Below are positions 40,572 through 55,725 of a stretch of 64,000 nt of DNA, piece by piece. Where the stretch lies: the NCBI GenBank assembly GCA_964016885.1, contig OZ024740.1, positions 165,540,001 to 165,604,000 on the forward strand, written 5' to 3'. Numbering within the stretch: position 1 is the first letter of the stretch; each line of letters begins with the position of its first letter. Below the pieces are notes generated by a model that ran no database searches, was not told the DNA's origin, and saw nothing but the letters and a program-made list of their open reading frames with translations. The position numbers and the translations under genes are program-made. Source of the stretch: Eledone cirrhosa. Its lineage: Eukaryota.

Positions 40572-42209
40572 TCTCGTTTATACAATAATGGTCTGTCATG
40601 TTTGTACGAATACATTTTATGTATTTGCAGTAGGACACCTTGTAATCAATGTGGTAGTGGGTAAACAACAATTAATTAATGAGGGTAAGTGACCTCCTCT
40701 ACATGTTATATGATATGTCCTTTGCCGACATAGTGCACAGCTTTGAGTTTACCTATAGGCTATTATATCTATTGGGTATGTAATCTGTGCTTGTATTTAG
40801 AGGACCATACAAAAATGCTATCAGTTGCCCACTTGATCCTTATGTATGGGTTATGGATTAAATAAATTTGATACGAAGTCTTATCAGTCTAAACTTAGTT
40901 GAGATCCGTTCACTCTGATGTAAAGTAACAGAATGCCTAGAGAGCTGATGCCTTTATTAAGCAATGGTCAAAGCAAAATATCAATGCAGAGACTCTGAAA
41001 TGTATTGAAGTAAAGATTGTTTAGATGTAACAAATAGATGAAATGATTTAGGTGAGTCTTTGAGCTGATCAGAGATGTGAGTAAATGCGGATTCGAAGCA
41101 GTTTACCACAGGTAAATTTCAAATAGCAAGCTGGAGATGACAGAAGAAATAAATAGAATTAGGTAGGGAACGCAGAATAATATACTCGATTGACAGAGTA
41201 ACATTAAGCTCCTGACGATAGGGCAGCAACCCGAAAAAATTTATTCACTGCTTCAGGCCCCTCTTCCGTAAAGGTGTCTTTCACACATACGCACGCACTC
41301 GCTTATAAGCCAGTGCTTCACATTTTATCCTGTACGTCGAATTAGACCTGCCAATATTGTGGGATTTTCTAGCTTTAAGTAGTCTAAAGCTGCAGATAAC
41401 TTGATGGTGATCACTTCACAGCACCGGCCCGCTCTTCACACGAACATATAGCACAGAATCGAAGAGATCAGAAACAATAACACATTTAATTACTGATCCC
41501 AGTAGTTGGTGAGGCGAGTGAAGGCCGCTTCTTAAAATAACTAGTCTTTGCGGGTTTAAGAAAAGTACCAAATTACTTACTGGCGCTAATAAGACCACAA
41601 ATAAATGTTCAATATTATTAGATTCAATAAAGCATTCATACCGAATCGTCCTTCACGTAGTGTAACAAACGACGCGTTATGGCTTTAAATAGAGGGGTAT
41701 GTTCTAAAAATATATTGCAGTCTCTATCTAACGCAATTAGAACTGGCCATAAGCCTGCAATCTGTCCTGAGATGTGTGGAATAGATGCACAAATGTTGCG
41801 TACCCCCAAATGTGTTCAGAGACCTTAAAAAGGATCCAGAAGAAGGAAATATCAGAGGTAAGGAGCAGAAACTCGTAAAGGACTGATGGTAACTGCTAAA
41901 TAGAGTAGTCAAGGTTTCCTCAACAGTTCCGTTTCTCTATATTTGGATGGAGGATGGAACATTCCACGAATCAGATGTTGCGAGAGAAATGACTGCATAG
42001 GTGGGATTAGGGATACTGATAAGTGCCCGGGTGAAGGAATGTGTCATGGACTAGATTCCACTGGGAGGGAAGATTTGCTTCTTGAAGCCTAAACTGAAAG
42101 GAAGGTCTCTGTGGGTGATGCAAGTTTATCCAGGTAATAGAAAGCCGAATATAGATCCTTCTTTGATGACGAAACTGCAGCGCTAGATGTTTTTAAGACT
42201 CAGTCATAT

Positions 42210-42372
42210 ACCCTAATTGGAGTCTTTTATGCACATGTTGGCACTGACCACATCACGTTGAAAAGAGTAATTGGAAGGAACGGCGGTCCCGATCTAAATA
42301 TGAATAGAAAGGCCTTATTAGAGTTCTGTTCTAGTAATGGACTTTCTATTATAAACACCTTCCAGCACAAAT
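42210..42372 (+). mobile_element. RTE-type APE endonuclease fragment
   Basis: F.AHVG.D....VIGRNG.PDLN.N..ALLEFCSSNGLSIINTFQHK. Confidence 0.7.
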
Positions 42373-43153
42373 ACAGTCTTAAACACACACACGCGCGCGA
42401 GCGCTCACGCACATGTATAAGTGTAATGCATATATGGGAAACTCCTGCAGCCATCTCGCCCCACCCTCAATATTATTATTTCTGATACATCTTTCATTCC
42501 AGTTCTTTTTTTAAGTATATCGATAATGTTAGTGGATTGTCTCCCTCCTGTTATCTATCCATGCACTGACTGCCATATAACACATTTTGAGTCTACTTCC
42601 TCAAGATCACCTGCTTATTGCCATCTTCACTGAGCTAACTTTGACACTCCATTATGAAATTCTGGGGGTGTGGGTCCCCTGTCTGTATAATGCAGGTGGA
42701 AATTTCAACTCGCTGATTTTCAAGTCTCCCTGAGAGAGTGTCCACATCTCACAGCATTTAAAAATATATAGTTTAGTGCTTAGCAAACGGCACTAATCAA
42801 GTTGTTGTTTGTAAATAACATAATTGAATGGACTATTGTCAATTATTTGGATATATTGAGCAGAATTAACATTGTCTGATGACCCTCACGTCGAAAGCAA
42901 ATACAATAAAAGCTGTGAGAAGGACACATGTCTCATTGGTCACCCGAGTTTCATGTGGCATAAAAATGACATACATTCACCAAAGTTCCCTTAGATAATA
43001 TGACAGCAAGATTACCTGGAGTTTTCTATTAAAGTTTGATGGAGCGGAATATTTAGTAATGTAAAGACACACATAAATGAAAATATGCCTATGTCTCCAC
43101 ATATTTCTGCACACATACATAGATACATACATTCCCACACAGGAGTATATGCA

Positions 43154-43191
<38 letters not shown>

Positions 43192-43206
43192 ATGTATATA
43201 TATATA

Positions 43207-43387
43207 TTTGTTTCTACTTTAGGCACAAGGCCAGCAATTATCCAGTGTATTAATGGTACTTTATTTTATCGACCCCGTAAGGATGAAAGGCAAAGTCAAC
43301 CTCGGCGGGATTTGAACTCAGATCGTAAAGGGACGTAACTATGCTGGAAAGCATGGCGTCCGACCCTCTACCGATACTGCCAATCCA
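43207..43387 (-). mobile_element. SINE family A
   Basis: Near-identical to 40390-40571. Confidence 0.9.
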
Positions 43388-43394
43388 CACACAC

Positions 43395-43439
<45 letters not shown>

Positions 43440-43616
43440 TATATATATATATATATATATATATTATTTATATATTGTGTGTGTGTGTTTGTGTATATTA
43501 ATGTGTAGGCTATGAATATATACATATATATGAATATATATGTGTGGGAAGGTAAAGAACAACAACACAGGAGTAATATTTGTGTGTGTTTGTGTGCATT
43601 AATGTGTATGCTATGA

Positions 43617-43734
<118 letters not shown>

Positions 43735-43926
43735 ATGTATATTTGATGATCGTATAGGTATATGCACCCATTACCATAGATAACGGACATATCGATACAT
43801 CGACACTTACTTGTGAGAAACGCGTGACCTGCGGTCATCGGATAGACACATGACCATGAGCAAAGATGCGCCAAATGGCCAATAGCACACACACGCACAC
43901 ACACAACACACACAACACACACACGC

Positions 43927-43963
<37 letters not shown>

Positions 43964-44028
43964 AATATATATTCATATACACGTATGTATCTATACATAC
44001 GTATATACACATACATGTATATACATTT

Positions 44029-44233
<205 letters not shown>

Positions 44234-44379
44234 TATATATATATATTTATATATATATATATATATATACACACACAGTTATTGAGATATGTGTATATAT
44301 GCAGAAGCGTTTACGTCCGTATGTGCTTCCTTAGTATATATTTGTAGATTTAAATATTATATACATAATTAGACTCATT

Positions 44380-44479
<100 letters not shown>

Positions 44480-44829
44480 CACACACATATAGGAAATATG
44501 AAAGTGCCAGGGAAGAAGTGTATTATATGAGAGCGAAGAGTCATAGAGAAATTGAATGGATGAAATGAGAGTGAGTTAGTCAGATAGTGTTTACCGTTGA
44601 CTTCATCTGTCATAAGAATAGAAACGGTCATTTATCAACGATTGTACGACAAGAGAGGAAACAAACACCAACTCTATTATGGAGTCTGCACAGTGAATCC
44701 ATTGATATTTTTGAAATCAAAATAACAGTAATAACAACGACAACATTAATAACAACAAAATCAACTGCAACAGTAATAATAGTTTTAAATAGCCAGCAAA
44801 GCAACATCTACGCTGTTACTCGACCTTCT

Positions 44830-45020
44830 AGAAATAACAATCAAATCTTCTGAAAATCCCGCCCTTAGATATGATAAAGTTAATAGCGAAGTGAAGATTA
44901 TAGCTAAATAAATTGAACGAAATGGAAATCTAGAACTTTTATTTAAGCGTCAAGTGATTATCATAATTTATGACATTAAAGAAAACTTTGTACGTAATTC
45001 TAATTGCCGATTTTATATGC
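44830..45020 (+). pseudogene. Highly degenerate PLE RT N-terminal fragment
   Basis: KVNSEVKIIAK...RQVII.IYDIKENFVRNSNCRF resembles the FITLKDHKENF.N.P.CRLI motif of this PLE group. Confidence 0.45.
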
Positions 45021-46912
45021 ACAAAGAAAGATATGTTTATGCTTGATATTCTTCTTCGTGTTTCCTATATTGTTCTACTCTTACTATCTTTCTTCCCGTT
45101 GCCATTATTACTATTGTTCCCTTGCTAACGGGTTCTCTACATTGTATTGATGTATAGATCCCTTATATATCTACTTTAAATTCCAAAACTAAATCTTACA
45201 CCCACAAGCCAAATGTTAGTCATTGGAGCCAGTACTATTTCCTTTACATTTGATTCTAATTGTTGATTTTTAAAATGTTTTTGTGATTATTAATGTGTTG
45301 GTTGTTGAGATTGTTTTCCCTGTTGTTTTCCATCTTGTTTGTGCGAGACAATTAAAAATGCTTTCTTCTTATTCTAAGCTCTCTGTCATCAACGGCCAGA
45401 CTCAAATGTCTCCCCCCTAAGCCTTTTTAGTACAAACCTCAAAATATTCTGGATTTACACCCATATCAGAGTACATGATCATTTCGTCGACCAGCTGCAC
45501 AAAATATTAAATGAAGGCCTCGCTAAAGCAAAGCTTCACATCCGCTGAAACTGCTCTAACCTTGTTAATCTCCCTCCCAACATTACCAATATACAAGGAC
45601 TAGAACTTCTGTGTAGCTTTATACATCCTCGCCTATACGTTCTAGTGGAAAATGAATATCTACCAATCCAAAAGTGAACCTTTGTGATTTGTGACTTTTA
45701 ATCATATTTGCAAAATTTCCCTATGCATTTCCTTAGTTTTGTGATAAATGTATCTAAAGGCAATTATCGCATTTGCAAATTCTCTCGCATAATACAGCTG
45801 GGAACAACATTCCTTGCTCCCAGCTAACGTACGGCAACATCTCTTCTATTTTTTGTCCACTATCATAAATTCTAAGTATCCGGAAAGAAAGCGTGGAAAT
45901 ATTTGTTAGTTTATTTTTGTGTGTTTTTGATTTTGTTTTGTCATTTTAATATCTTTAGGTGTTGTTCATTATATTACTAATCTCGTGTCAAAAAACATTC
46001 TTCTTGTCGTCGTTGTCATTGAGAATGTTGTAACTATTATCACACGTATGTATTGCATTATTATTAACGTTTTTGTTCTTAATACATCGATATTGTTCTT
46101 GTAAATACTATTATGTGTGATTTTCAGCAATAATTCCAAGCAATTGAATGATTCACATTCGTTTTTGTCTTTACCGAAGGAGAAATTGTACTGACCTTGT
46201 CACAACTGCAATCATATGAAAATGTTATATTCCCCTCAAGGTAAAAACAAACAACAATTAACAATATGCAATCCTCTATTTCCTTATTAATATAATACCG
46301 TTAAAACACAACAAATCCAACTGCTTTGAGGAAATAGATATTATATATAATCAAACAGGAACTGCTTTAAGACAAGTTTTTTTATGGTAAAATCCAGGAA
46401 AAATAATAATAATGATTTTTTGTGTCATCATGGTGAAAAATACATTATATTTGGGCTTAAGTTATAATTGAATATGGCTGCCACGCAATAATTGCAGGAT
46501 TTGAACCCAGAATGTAAAGAGACTTAACGATATACCACAAAGCATTTTGTCTAAAGTTGTGCAGATACTGCTATCCATTTCTCTCACGGAGAAGGATGAT
46601 TATTTCTATCATTTTCTGGAAGATAATAGCAGTGAAAGTTTCTTGTGATCGTCCTGCTATTTCGTGATTCTTGGAATTAGTAGATAGGTTTTCTAACGTT
46701 GGCACAATGCCACAATGCTTGGGTTATGAGGGCATTCGTTTTAATCCATGTCGTTCCTTGGCTGGTATTTATTTTCTTTATCTAACAAGATCAAAGGAAA
46801 AATTGTCCTCAGAGAGATTTGAACTTCGAATGTAACTTGTTTTAATGTAGCTCAAACGGTTTAACTAAACCACTTTTTTTGAAAGCCGATGAAATAAGTA
46901 ATAATAAAATAA

Positions 46913-47103
46913 GTGTTTCTACTTTTGGCACAAGGCCAACAATCACCCAGTGGATTACTGGTACTTTATTTTATCGACCCCATAAGGATGAAAGGCAAAG
47001 TTAACCGCGGCGGGATTTGAACTCAGAATGGCAAGGGCTGTAACTCTATGCATGCGTCAAAGCATGGCGTCCGACCCTCTACCGATACTGCCAATCCACC
47101 GCC
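46913..47103 (-). mobile_element. SINE family A with 17-bp TSD
   Basis: TSD aagtaataataaaataa at 46896-46912 and 47104-47120. Confidence 0.92.
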
Positions 47104-47956
47104 AAGTAATAATAAAATAATGGTGGTTGTTTCAATTGACGGCACCTTTGTACATAAATTGGGGATTTTTTTACCAATATAATAAATCATTATATAAAGT
47201 TGCGTAAGAAGGTGTTTCATATATCCATCAATACTAATTTAACGATGATTCATAAATAATTTAATAAGCTCTTCACATTCCCTGAGTTAATCATATGTTT
47301 TTACATGGCGAGTACTTTATGTCAGTAATTTTAAATAGCCCTCTTAAAATACATGATACTTACGACTGCTCTTAACTTTTATCCTTATGAAATGAATCTA
47401 GGGAGAGTAATTAAACTTTAAAATAAGATAACCCAGATCTTCATGGATCATCACGTGCCACCTAAATATTAGCATGGACCCTTAGAGAAACCACAATTAT
47501 AAGTAAACGGCAGTTATCTCTTCTTTAATATTAACCTTGAGCAATAATCACCCTTCACTAGGAGTAGAATAGCTTTCTTCTCTACATATTGCAACTAGTT
47601 GTTTTCAAATCATCCGCATTTATATATCTGTTTCAAATTTCTGATCGATTTAATACCCAATCTTCTAAGACAATATTGCAGTTAGTGAAAACCGACTGAG
47701 ATTTCGGAATAGTTAAAAGCCTGTCAAAATAACACACTCACATGAATGCGCCCATGCAAGCGTACTGAATGAAATGATATGAAATGATAGATTCCAAATC
47801 TTAGCCTAAGAAATGTTATCATGAAGACATAGCAGTTGGATAATACCCCCTCGAGTTTTTAAAGGAAACCTAAATCTCTCTCTCTCATTGCATTTTTTTT
47901 TTTTTACTTAAAACCCTATTAGTGTATTTATCTACTAAGAAATATTAGTTTCCATA

Positions 47957-47988
<32 letters not shown>

Positions 47989-48434
47989 ATTTATATATAT
48001 ATATAATATATATATATAATAATTACGCAGATATCCAGCAGTAAACCGAGATGGCTCTTGTTTTAGATTATGATCATTCTTCTTAAGTTTTACCATTAAT
48101 GTGGCATTGAAGAGCAAATAGTTGTCACTGCCCGTGTGATAGATTCCGTGATAAACTCCTGTTTTGGTGTGAGAATTCGAATGGAAATATATCCAAGAGA
48201 TTATTTTAAACAATCTTAAGTTTTCCTGAAAATGACATTTACAAAACTATCAAACCAATGCTAGGGGAAAATAGCAAGTCGACCTGAACACTGACACGTT
48301 GATAACTGACATGTGATATTGACAGCTCACTAAGGTGACCTAAGGTGATCAAAGCCCCATTAAAGCCAGAAACGTACCATACCTTGCAATCTTAAATATG
48401 AAAATGACTAATTACATATTGTTGTTCTACTTAC

Positions 48435-48505
48435 CACTAAAGACAGGGACTGGGCAAAACTGGAATGCCATTTTTTCACCATAGGTCTGTTTGATCAGGG
48501 TTGAC
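48435..48505 (-). other. Candidate 71-nt host exon
   Basis: Acceptor ttatttttctaaccag, donor gtaagt, one open frame (STLIKQTYGEKMAFQFCPVPVFS); no homology recognised. Confidence 0.25.
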
Positions 48506-50434
48506 CTGGTTAGAAAAAATAAGACAATTGCTAGACAAGGCTCACTATACAAGATTTTGATTATTATCAGTAACATTGTACCGATCAAAATAATAATAAG
48601 GAACATGAATAAACGAATATGATATATATATGTTTGAAAGTAACAAAATTTGTGCATATATCGCTAGTTATTTGATTGCCTCATTATAGCCAAATTCTAC
48701 ATGGTAGTTTGATAAACTATAATACCATCTACACCTTCTTTTAAATTAGACATTTCCTACTTAAAAGTGGAAGAACCCCTTAAATAAGGTAGTCCTACAT
48801 ACACAATGTCTAAAGCAAAAAATAAAAGAGGTAATTATCTCATCTAAAATACATTTGGTCATAGGTCTACAAGATCTCAACTGATACGAAATCAAACATG
48901 TTGTTTGTGAGATACTAGATGGGGAATTAATCAGTTTCTAGATCTCGACGCTCCTTAGGCAAATGACTAGATCTTGACTCATTACACCATTAAACAAATG
49001 GATGATAAATATTTGTCTACCTATAGAACACTTGTGTATGTGGAAGAATTAAATTCTGGTCTGCAACCTAACAAATTCCACATGCCCACAAATCTATTAC
49101 ACTATACAGCAGTGAATTATACTATATAAACGACTAGATTATTATTTCATGTTCCTGTCGAATTGACTATCTTTGTTCATATTCGTACTACACCTATAAT
49201 TTATATTTATTAAAATGTCAACGAAGCGATATATAGCAGTTCACAAGACCTGTTATAAACGACTGCCAAATTCTCTAACATTCCTCTCTACATTCTAAAC
49301 AAAGGACGAACACATTCCACAATATAATCCTTGATATACAGAAGAAAAAAAATGGGATAGTAACTCTAATGCAGTGATGGCAAACCCATACCACGCGGTA
49401 GAGTTTCAGATGACAGGCAAAACATGTGAAATGGGTCATTAAATTATTAAAACTTTGTTAAATTTCAGTCGCAACAGCAACTACAATAATCTACTCACTA
49501 ACAATCAACAAAGTGAAATAAAATATGGAAAGTGTTGTTATAATGGTAGTAAGCAAAGTAAATTTTCACATGTTAAGTGTCAAAGGGGGAAATTACACAT
49601 TTATTTTTTCAAATCCTCTGAAATCCTACATAAGTATTTCTAAAAAAAGGCAGGAAACATTGAATTATATAGTTTAAGTGCAACACTAAATCTTAAAGAA
49701 AACTAAATGTGGTGTTGATAACTAGAACGCCTTTCATCAAAGATATATTTGTGCCAAGGAGGATCCCTTATTTGGTCGCTCGACCTGCTAAAAATAAGAG
49801 TCAAAAATGATCTCCCACTATATTAAAAAAATGAATCGTTGGATACCGTAGTCTTAGATATGCTGTCTGAAAAGAACTCCAGTCTGGCAATGATTGGTTG
49901 CGTTTAATCGATTATGTCTGACCTGGAAATTAAACATCAAAACCAACACTCAGTTCATATTCATTGTTGAAACTTAGACTTTAAAAACTAGCAAAAATAA
50001 TAATTTTATTTTTTGTAGATATAAGATATCTTTTTTCATGGAAAGTCGTGTAATTGACAATTTTGTCTATAAATTACTCTTTTCTTTTAAATTTAGTTTA
50101 ATAAGAATTTTCTATGACAAATCTTACCTTCTGTGACATGATATGAATAAAATCTAGCAAATTGCTTGTCAGATCTATTCCGCACGATTGATTTTCGAGC
50201 CGTTACAATTGTGATGTTAATGAGAAAATATTCAAATTACAATTCTTCTCATTTCTGTTTGTGTTTCCTTCTATTTTTCTCCCATTATTTAATTTTTTTC
50301 GATAAATACCAGTAATATACTGGGTATTCGATGGCCTTGTGCCAAAAGTAGAAACAATTATTTAATTTTTTATTTTTACTCATATGTTCATGTACGTTTG
50401 GCAATGTGTACAATGTATACATACGAGGGAGAGA

Positions 50435-50475
<41 letters not shown>

Positions 50476-50619
50476 AAATATAGACAAAGTTCAGACATTT
50501 CCGCCACTTGTGAAAATGTAAATACTTATACATTTCAAGCATTGTATTTGTAAATATGTTTAATGAATCACACTACAAAAATGAGAGAACTATTGTGTTA
50601 AGTGTTAGGCATTAAACAT

Positions 50620-50968
50620 CTGGGCGCCATGCTTTCTAGCATAGTTACGTCCCTTTACAGTCTGAGATCAAATCCCGCCGAGGTTAACTTTGCCTTTCAT
50701 CCTTATGGGGTCGATAAAATAAAGTACCAGTAATGTACTGAGTATTTGCTGGCCTTGTGCCTACAGTAGAAACAATTATTATATAGGCAGTATCGGTAGA
50801 GGGTCTGACGCCATGCTTTGCAGCAAAGAGTTACGTACCTTTATAGTCTGAGTTCAAATCCCGCCGAGGTTAACTTTGCGCGTTCATCCTTACGGGGTCG
50901 ATAAAATAAAGTACCAGTAATGCACTGGGTATTTGTTGGCCTTGTGCCAAAACTAGAAACAATTATTA
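50620..50968 (+). mobile_element. Two tandem SINE family A copies (50620-50780, 50786-50968); further 3' fragment at 50290-50360
   Basis: Family A body and B box. Confidence 0.88.
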
Positions 50969-51458
50969 TATAGTAATATATCATGAGTACGAGGCAGTAA
51001 CCATGACCTTGAGAGGGATGATGAAATTGATGCGGTTGATGTCAAGGTTGTGCTCGTGTGAGTCGATAGCAGCATGAAAAATGAACCAATGAGAAGCCAC
51101 TATAGTATCGTTTGCTCTGCAACTAATAGTATTCAAATATCCCTTAACTCACACATTATCATCATAACAAGAAATGTAAATAGAACTATCAGGAACGGAA
51201 TTCTTTTTATTACAAATCTGCACCCAAAAGGCTGATATAGAACGAAACGTCAACAAGGGGAAGAAATGAAACACACCAAGTAAAAAGTTCTTGTAAGATC
51301 AAGGTCATGAGGAAGAGATACGTCAAAGACCGTTGTAACAATGATAACATAGGAAGAAGTGAGAACAGCATGACTTTGAACTAAAGTTTGTTCTTTCGTC
51401 TAAGGTCGGCCTTGATCTAGTAAAGCTAAGGTCAAAGACATATAAGATGCAAACATAT

Positions 51459-51648
51459 GGTGGATTGGCAGTATCGGTAGAGAGTCGGACGCCATGCTTT
51501 GTCGCAAAGAGTTACGGCCCTTTCCATTCTGAGTTCAAATCCCGCCGAGGTTAACTTTGCCTTTCATCCTTACTGGGTCGATAAAATAAAGTACCAGTAA
51601 TGCACTGGGTATTTGCTGGCCTTGTGCCAAACGTAGAAACAATTATTA
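51459..51648 (+). mobile_element. SINE family A
   Basis: ggtggattggcagtatcggtagag head; gagttcaaatccc B box. Confidence 0.9.
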
Positions 51649-51886
51649 TGTGTATGAATATTAAAGTCATGTGAAAGAGATTTGAATAAATAATTATATT
51701 CCATTATTGATAACCATAGTGAGTAGGTTTCTCGCTTAATTGCAAATGAAGCCAATTTGAAATATCCGTCCAATATACATGCATGCATACGCATACATAA
51801 ACGCACACACACACGCACACACATACATGTGTGTCTGTGTTTGTATGTATGTAAACCTATTTTCTGGCTCACCCGAGCCTACGTGT

Positions 51887-51943
<57 letters not shown>

Positions 51944-53380
51944 TGTGTGTGTCTGTGTGTATGTGTGTATGTGTGTGTATTTGTATATATGCAAGAATAC
52001 AAACACATACATTGCATGTGCATATGTAAATATGCATCTGTAAATATTTGTGTGTGAGTATGTCTGTGTGTATGTACGTAAGTGCGTATAGAGGTATTGT
52101 CAGTCAGTATGCCTATCACGGTGTTTCAACATTGCGCTTTACTAAATGTAATATGTTGATGTGGCAAACATTTGGAAAGTGGGAAGCCATCAGCCTCTCT
52201 GCAATCAGACCAACGAATCAAAACGAAGGCATTTCATGTCAGCATTCCACAAAGCTGTTTAAAGAGTATTAAACATCCTATCACGTTTTGCTTGCTCTTC
52301 CAGGCGGCAAACGAAACAAAATACAAAACAAAACAAATACATGAAAAGAAAAAATATCCTTCGAAATTGCAGTGGGGCGAGAAGCTTTAGTAAATCTCCA
52401 AAGAATACTTGTCTGGTGATTAAAAGAAGAAAAATATACAGTAAATAAAAGTAAAAGTAAAAACGAAAAGATGGTATCTAAAAAAAAAAAAAAAGAGAGA
52501 TAAATAAACGCATTGCATTTCATAGAGGGAAGTGGTTTACGGTAACTAGTTACTATTCATGGTATGAATCCTCTTTTGGGTTGTTAATCGACCAACGCAC
52601 TCGCATTTAATGGAATATTTGTGATTAGTTGAGGAATTCTCATGGATTTGATTAAGCTTGAAAGATAACAAAAGAACTTGATAACCTAATAATTCGTCAC
52701 GGTAAGTCGTTCAAATTTCGACTGTTTTTCTGAACATAGAAGAAACTGAGAAACGAGTATGTCTTAGCTTTTGCCGATGTTATATATTTTTTATTTGTGT
52801 TATGTTGGTAATGTGTTTTATGTTTTGTCGGTTAGGAAATGTCGATGCGTCTCTGGTGTTTCCTCTACATCAAAGGTTCTCAACCCATTTTGGCCAAACG
52901 CCCCCTTTTGCCCCTCAAAATCACGAAACGCCCCCTACCCTATTTTTCCATTTTTCAATATACTACTGATTTTGATATCAGTAGATTACTGGTCCAAATC
53001 AAGTTATCTTAGATTCTTAAAAAAATACTCGTACGAATTAAATACAAAAAAGTTTCAGTCCAAAACAAAAGCAAGCTATTTCAAATTATATAATTTTGAA
53101 ATTAAAAAAAAACATTTGATCTCAGTCGAAAAAGCTTCTTTTTTTTTAAAATTCTATATTTCAATGTTAGCTGTTGTAATATTTTGAGTTGATAGACAAT
53201 TGAAACTTCAAAGTCAAAATACAAACGATCCAAAATATGAAGAATTTCTTACCTTTCTCTGAAATCACAAACTCAGGGTAAAAAATAGTACCTTGCAAAA
53301 TAATATACCTCGTATAAGTAGTAAAGAATGAATTGAGAGGCTTGGTGACTGAGAAAGCAATATTTTTATACCTTATATAT

Positions 53381-53453
<73 letters not shown>

Positions 53454-53565
53454 CATACACACACACAAACTTGTGTGTGTGTTACAGAAAGAATTTTGTC
53501 TACAGTTTTTTTATTGCCAGGTCAAAGGCCACAGCTCTTTTCAACAACGCCAAATAACAACGCTC

Positions 53566-53605
<40 letters not shown>

Positions 53606-54313
53606 AATAAAGAGAGAAAAAGGGGGGGAACAGAGAGAGTAAGAAATGTGTGTGTGTTTGTTAAATTTATTACTATTTTATAGCTTGACCCCACGTCTGG
53701 ACTTTCAGACGGTGGGTCAAGTCATCTTCACCCCTCTCTGGGGTGAAATTTACGTTTTGAAAAAAATTTCGCCGGTGAAAAAAAAGTGTAAACACACCTA
53801 GAAGTGGTGGAGAGGCGGTAAGAGTGTTAAGCTCGCAGTCACCTCCTCTCACCACCTCATTGAAAGACATCGAAAATGTCAGTTTTGAAAACACGATGTC
53901 GGACGTTGATTGTAACATCAACACTAACACAAACGCCAATAACATGCAAAATATAAACAACACCAACCAGAACAACAACAACAACAACAACAACAATAAT
54001 GACAACAAGAACAACAACAACATCAATGATAACATCAACACCACCACCACCAACAACAACAATGATAACAAGAACACCACCAACAACAACAGCAACACGA
54101 GCAACTCCACGAACAAGGAAAATATTTCTTTTGCTCAAACCATCCAAAAGACGGAACTGTTCACATACCTTGACATTTCCAATGCTAGGTAAATGTTAAG
54201 TGATGCAAAACAGTACGTAACTTGTGGTGAGAGTGGTGCTTTCAGCATCACTTCTCCTCAACAGTTACGCAGAGAAACTGTTCTAAAAACAGTAATTTTT
54301 AGGACGGTTTCAA

Positions 54314-55342
54314 ATGTGTCGAAAAAAACCAGTTCAGTTATCCCAAAATGATATTGAACTGGTTCTGAAGAATTCCATGAAGGATATTGCCTTCATCCAA
54401 AAAGGGAAACTTTTTGGAAGCATTTCGGTGTTGTTGAAAGTCCAATTGACAGCACAAAAATATTCTGTATCGCCGATTGTGTCCCCCCTTTACTCCTTTT
54501 TCCCCACATATATGGGAAAAAGAACTCAAAAAATAAAAATTTTGAACATTGCACCAAATGTAAAGGTCTGGTGGATTCTAACTGGCTTCATCTATTTCGA
54601 CGAAGACACGATCATTTCGGTGGGAAAGTCTTCTAGAGGCACATTCAATGGTACAAGCATGGAAGTTCTAGTCCAAATGAAGCCAGAACGGATAGCTAAA
54701 ATACCCCAACGTGTGCCTCTGGGTGGAATTTCACACATAAACATTTCTGTTGAGGGTAGGCAGACTTCATGTTACCACTGTTTAAGCAGTGGTCACCTGA
54801 AGGCTTACTGGCCTCAGTTAACTAAAAAAAAAAAAAAGTCACTACTGCCAACACCCAAAACAACAACACAACCACCACCACCACCACCACCACCACCACA
54901 ACAACAACAACAACACGCAAACACAACCAAAACAAGAACAACAAACCAACCTGCAAGCACAGTCCCACCCAACCCCACTCCACCTAAAACCACTGCAAAA
55001 ACACCCACAAACACAACAGCTCCCCAAAACATACCCCTTCCAAATAACACAGACACCACAACGGACGAGGCCCCCACATCATCACCAAGTGATGATGAGG
55101 GAGAGCCTCTCCGTTCGAAAAGAAAGAAGAAAAGACACCACAAGAACAAAAAACAACAAATACCATTACAAACATACAACCACCAACACAAACAACACAA
55201 ACATTACAAACAAAAACCCCCCGTCCCGAAAACAAAACCACGACATCACTCCAAACACAAACACCTACAACAAAACGAAAGCTCCCACAAGAACAACAGA
55301 CAAAAACCACCGCAACACAACAAGAACATTACACATACATAA
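54314..55342 (+). pseudogene. LINE ORF1 (gag-like, mutated CCHC knuckle, Pro/Thr-rich tail)
   Basis: VEGRQTSCYHCLSSGHLKAYW. Confidence 0.7.
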
Positions 55343-55725
55343 ACAGTAAAAACAAAACTTTAATGGAGGTCATCTCCAACGACCCTTCGGTGAAAACGGA
55401 AGGGAAAACTTTTTCGAACTGTGTAGACAAACCTAATTTAAAGATGATTAGGGTCCATACGGACACCTATAAGTCTTTAAAGGAAAACTTTCCTAAGGAC
55501 GTGGGTAATCCTTGTGTTAAACCTTTAACCGCGTCCTTTTAAAAGGTTTCCCCACCCTCACCCCAGACACCCCCACCCCACCAAACATCTCCGTCCCCAC
55601 CCCGCCGGAAACCACCACCCACCCAGATAACTCCTCTAACACCCCCATGGAAACCGTGCGGCCTGATCCCCGGGAGACGAAGAGGTGAGTGTTTTCTTCA
55701 CCTCTTTTAACTTTTCAGAACCAAC

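Noticed and set aside
41205-41245. CTGACGA-ta-ggg..ccc-GAAA
   Set aside because: Stems I and III and the cleavage triplet are missing; too degenerate to call
42871-42906. attgt-CTGATGA...GAAA...acaat
   Set aside because: Stem II only forms by using core nucleotides and stem III does not pair
46180-46240. Exon-like block on the plus strand
   Set aside because: Weak donor, no recognisable protein and no partner exons
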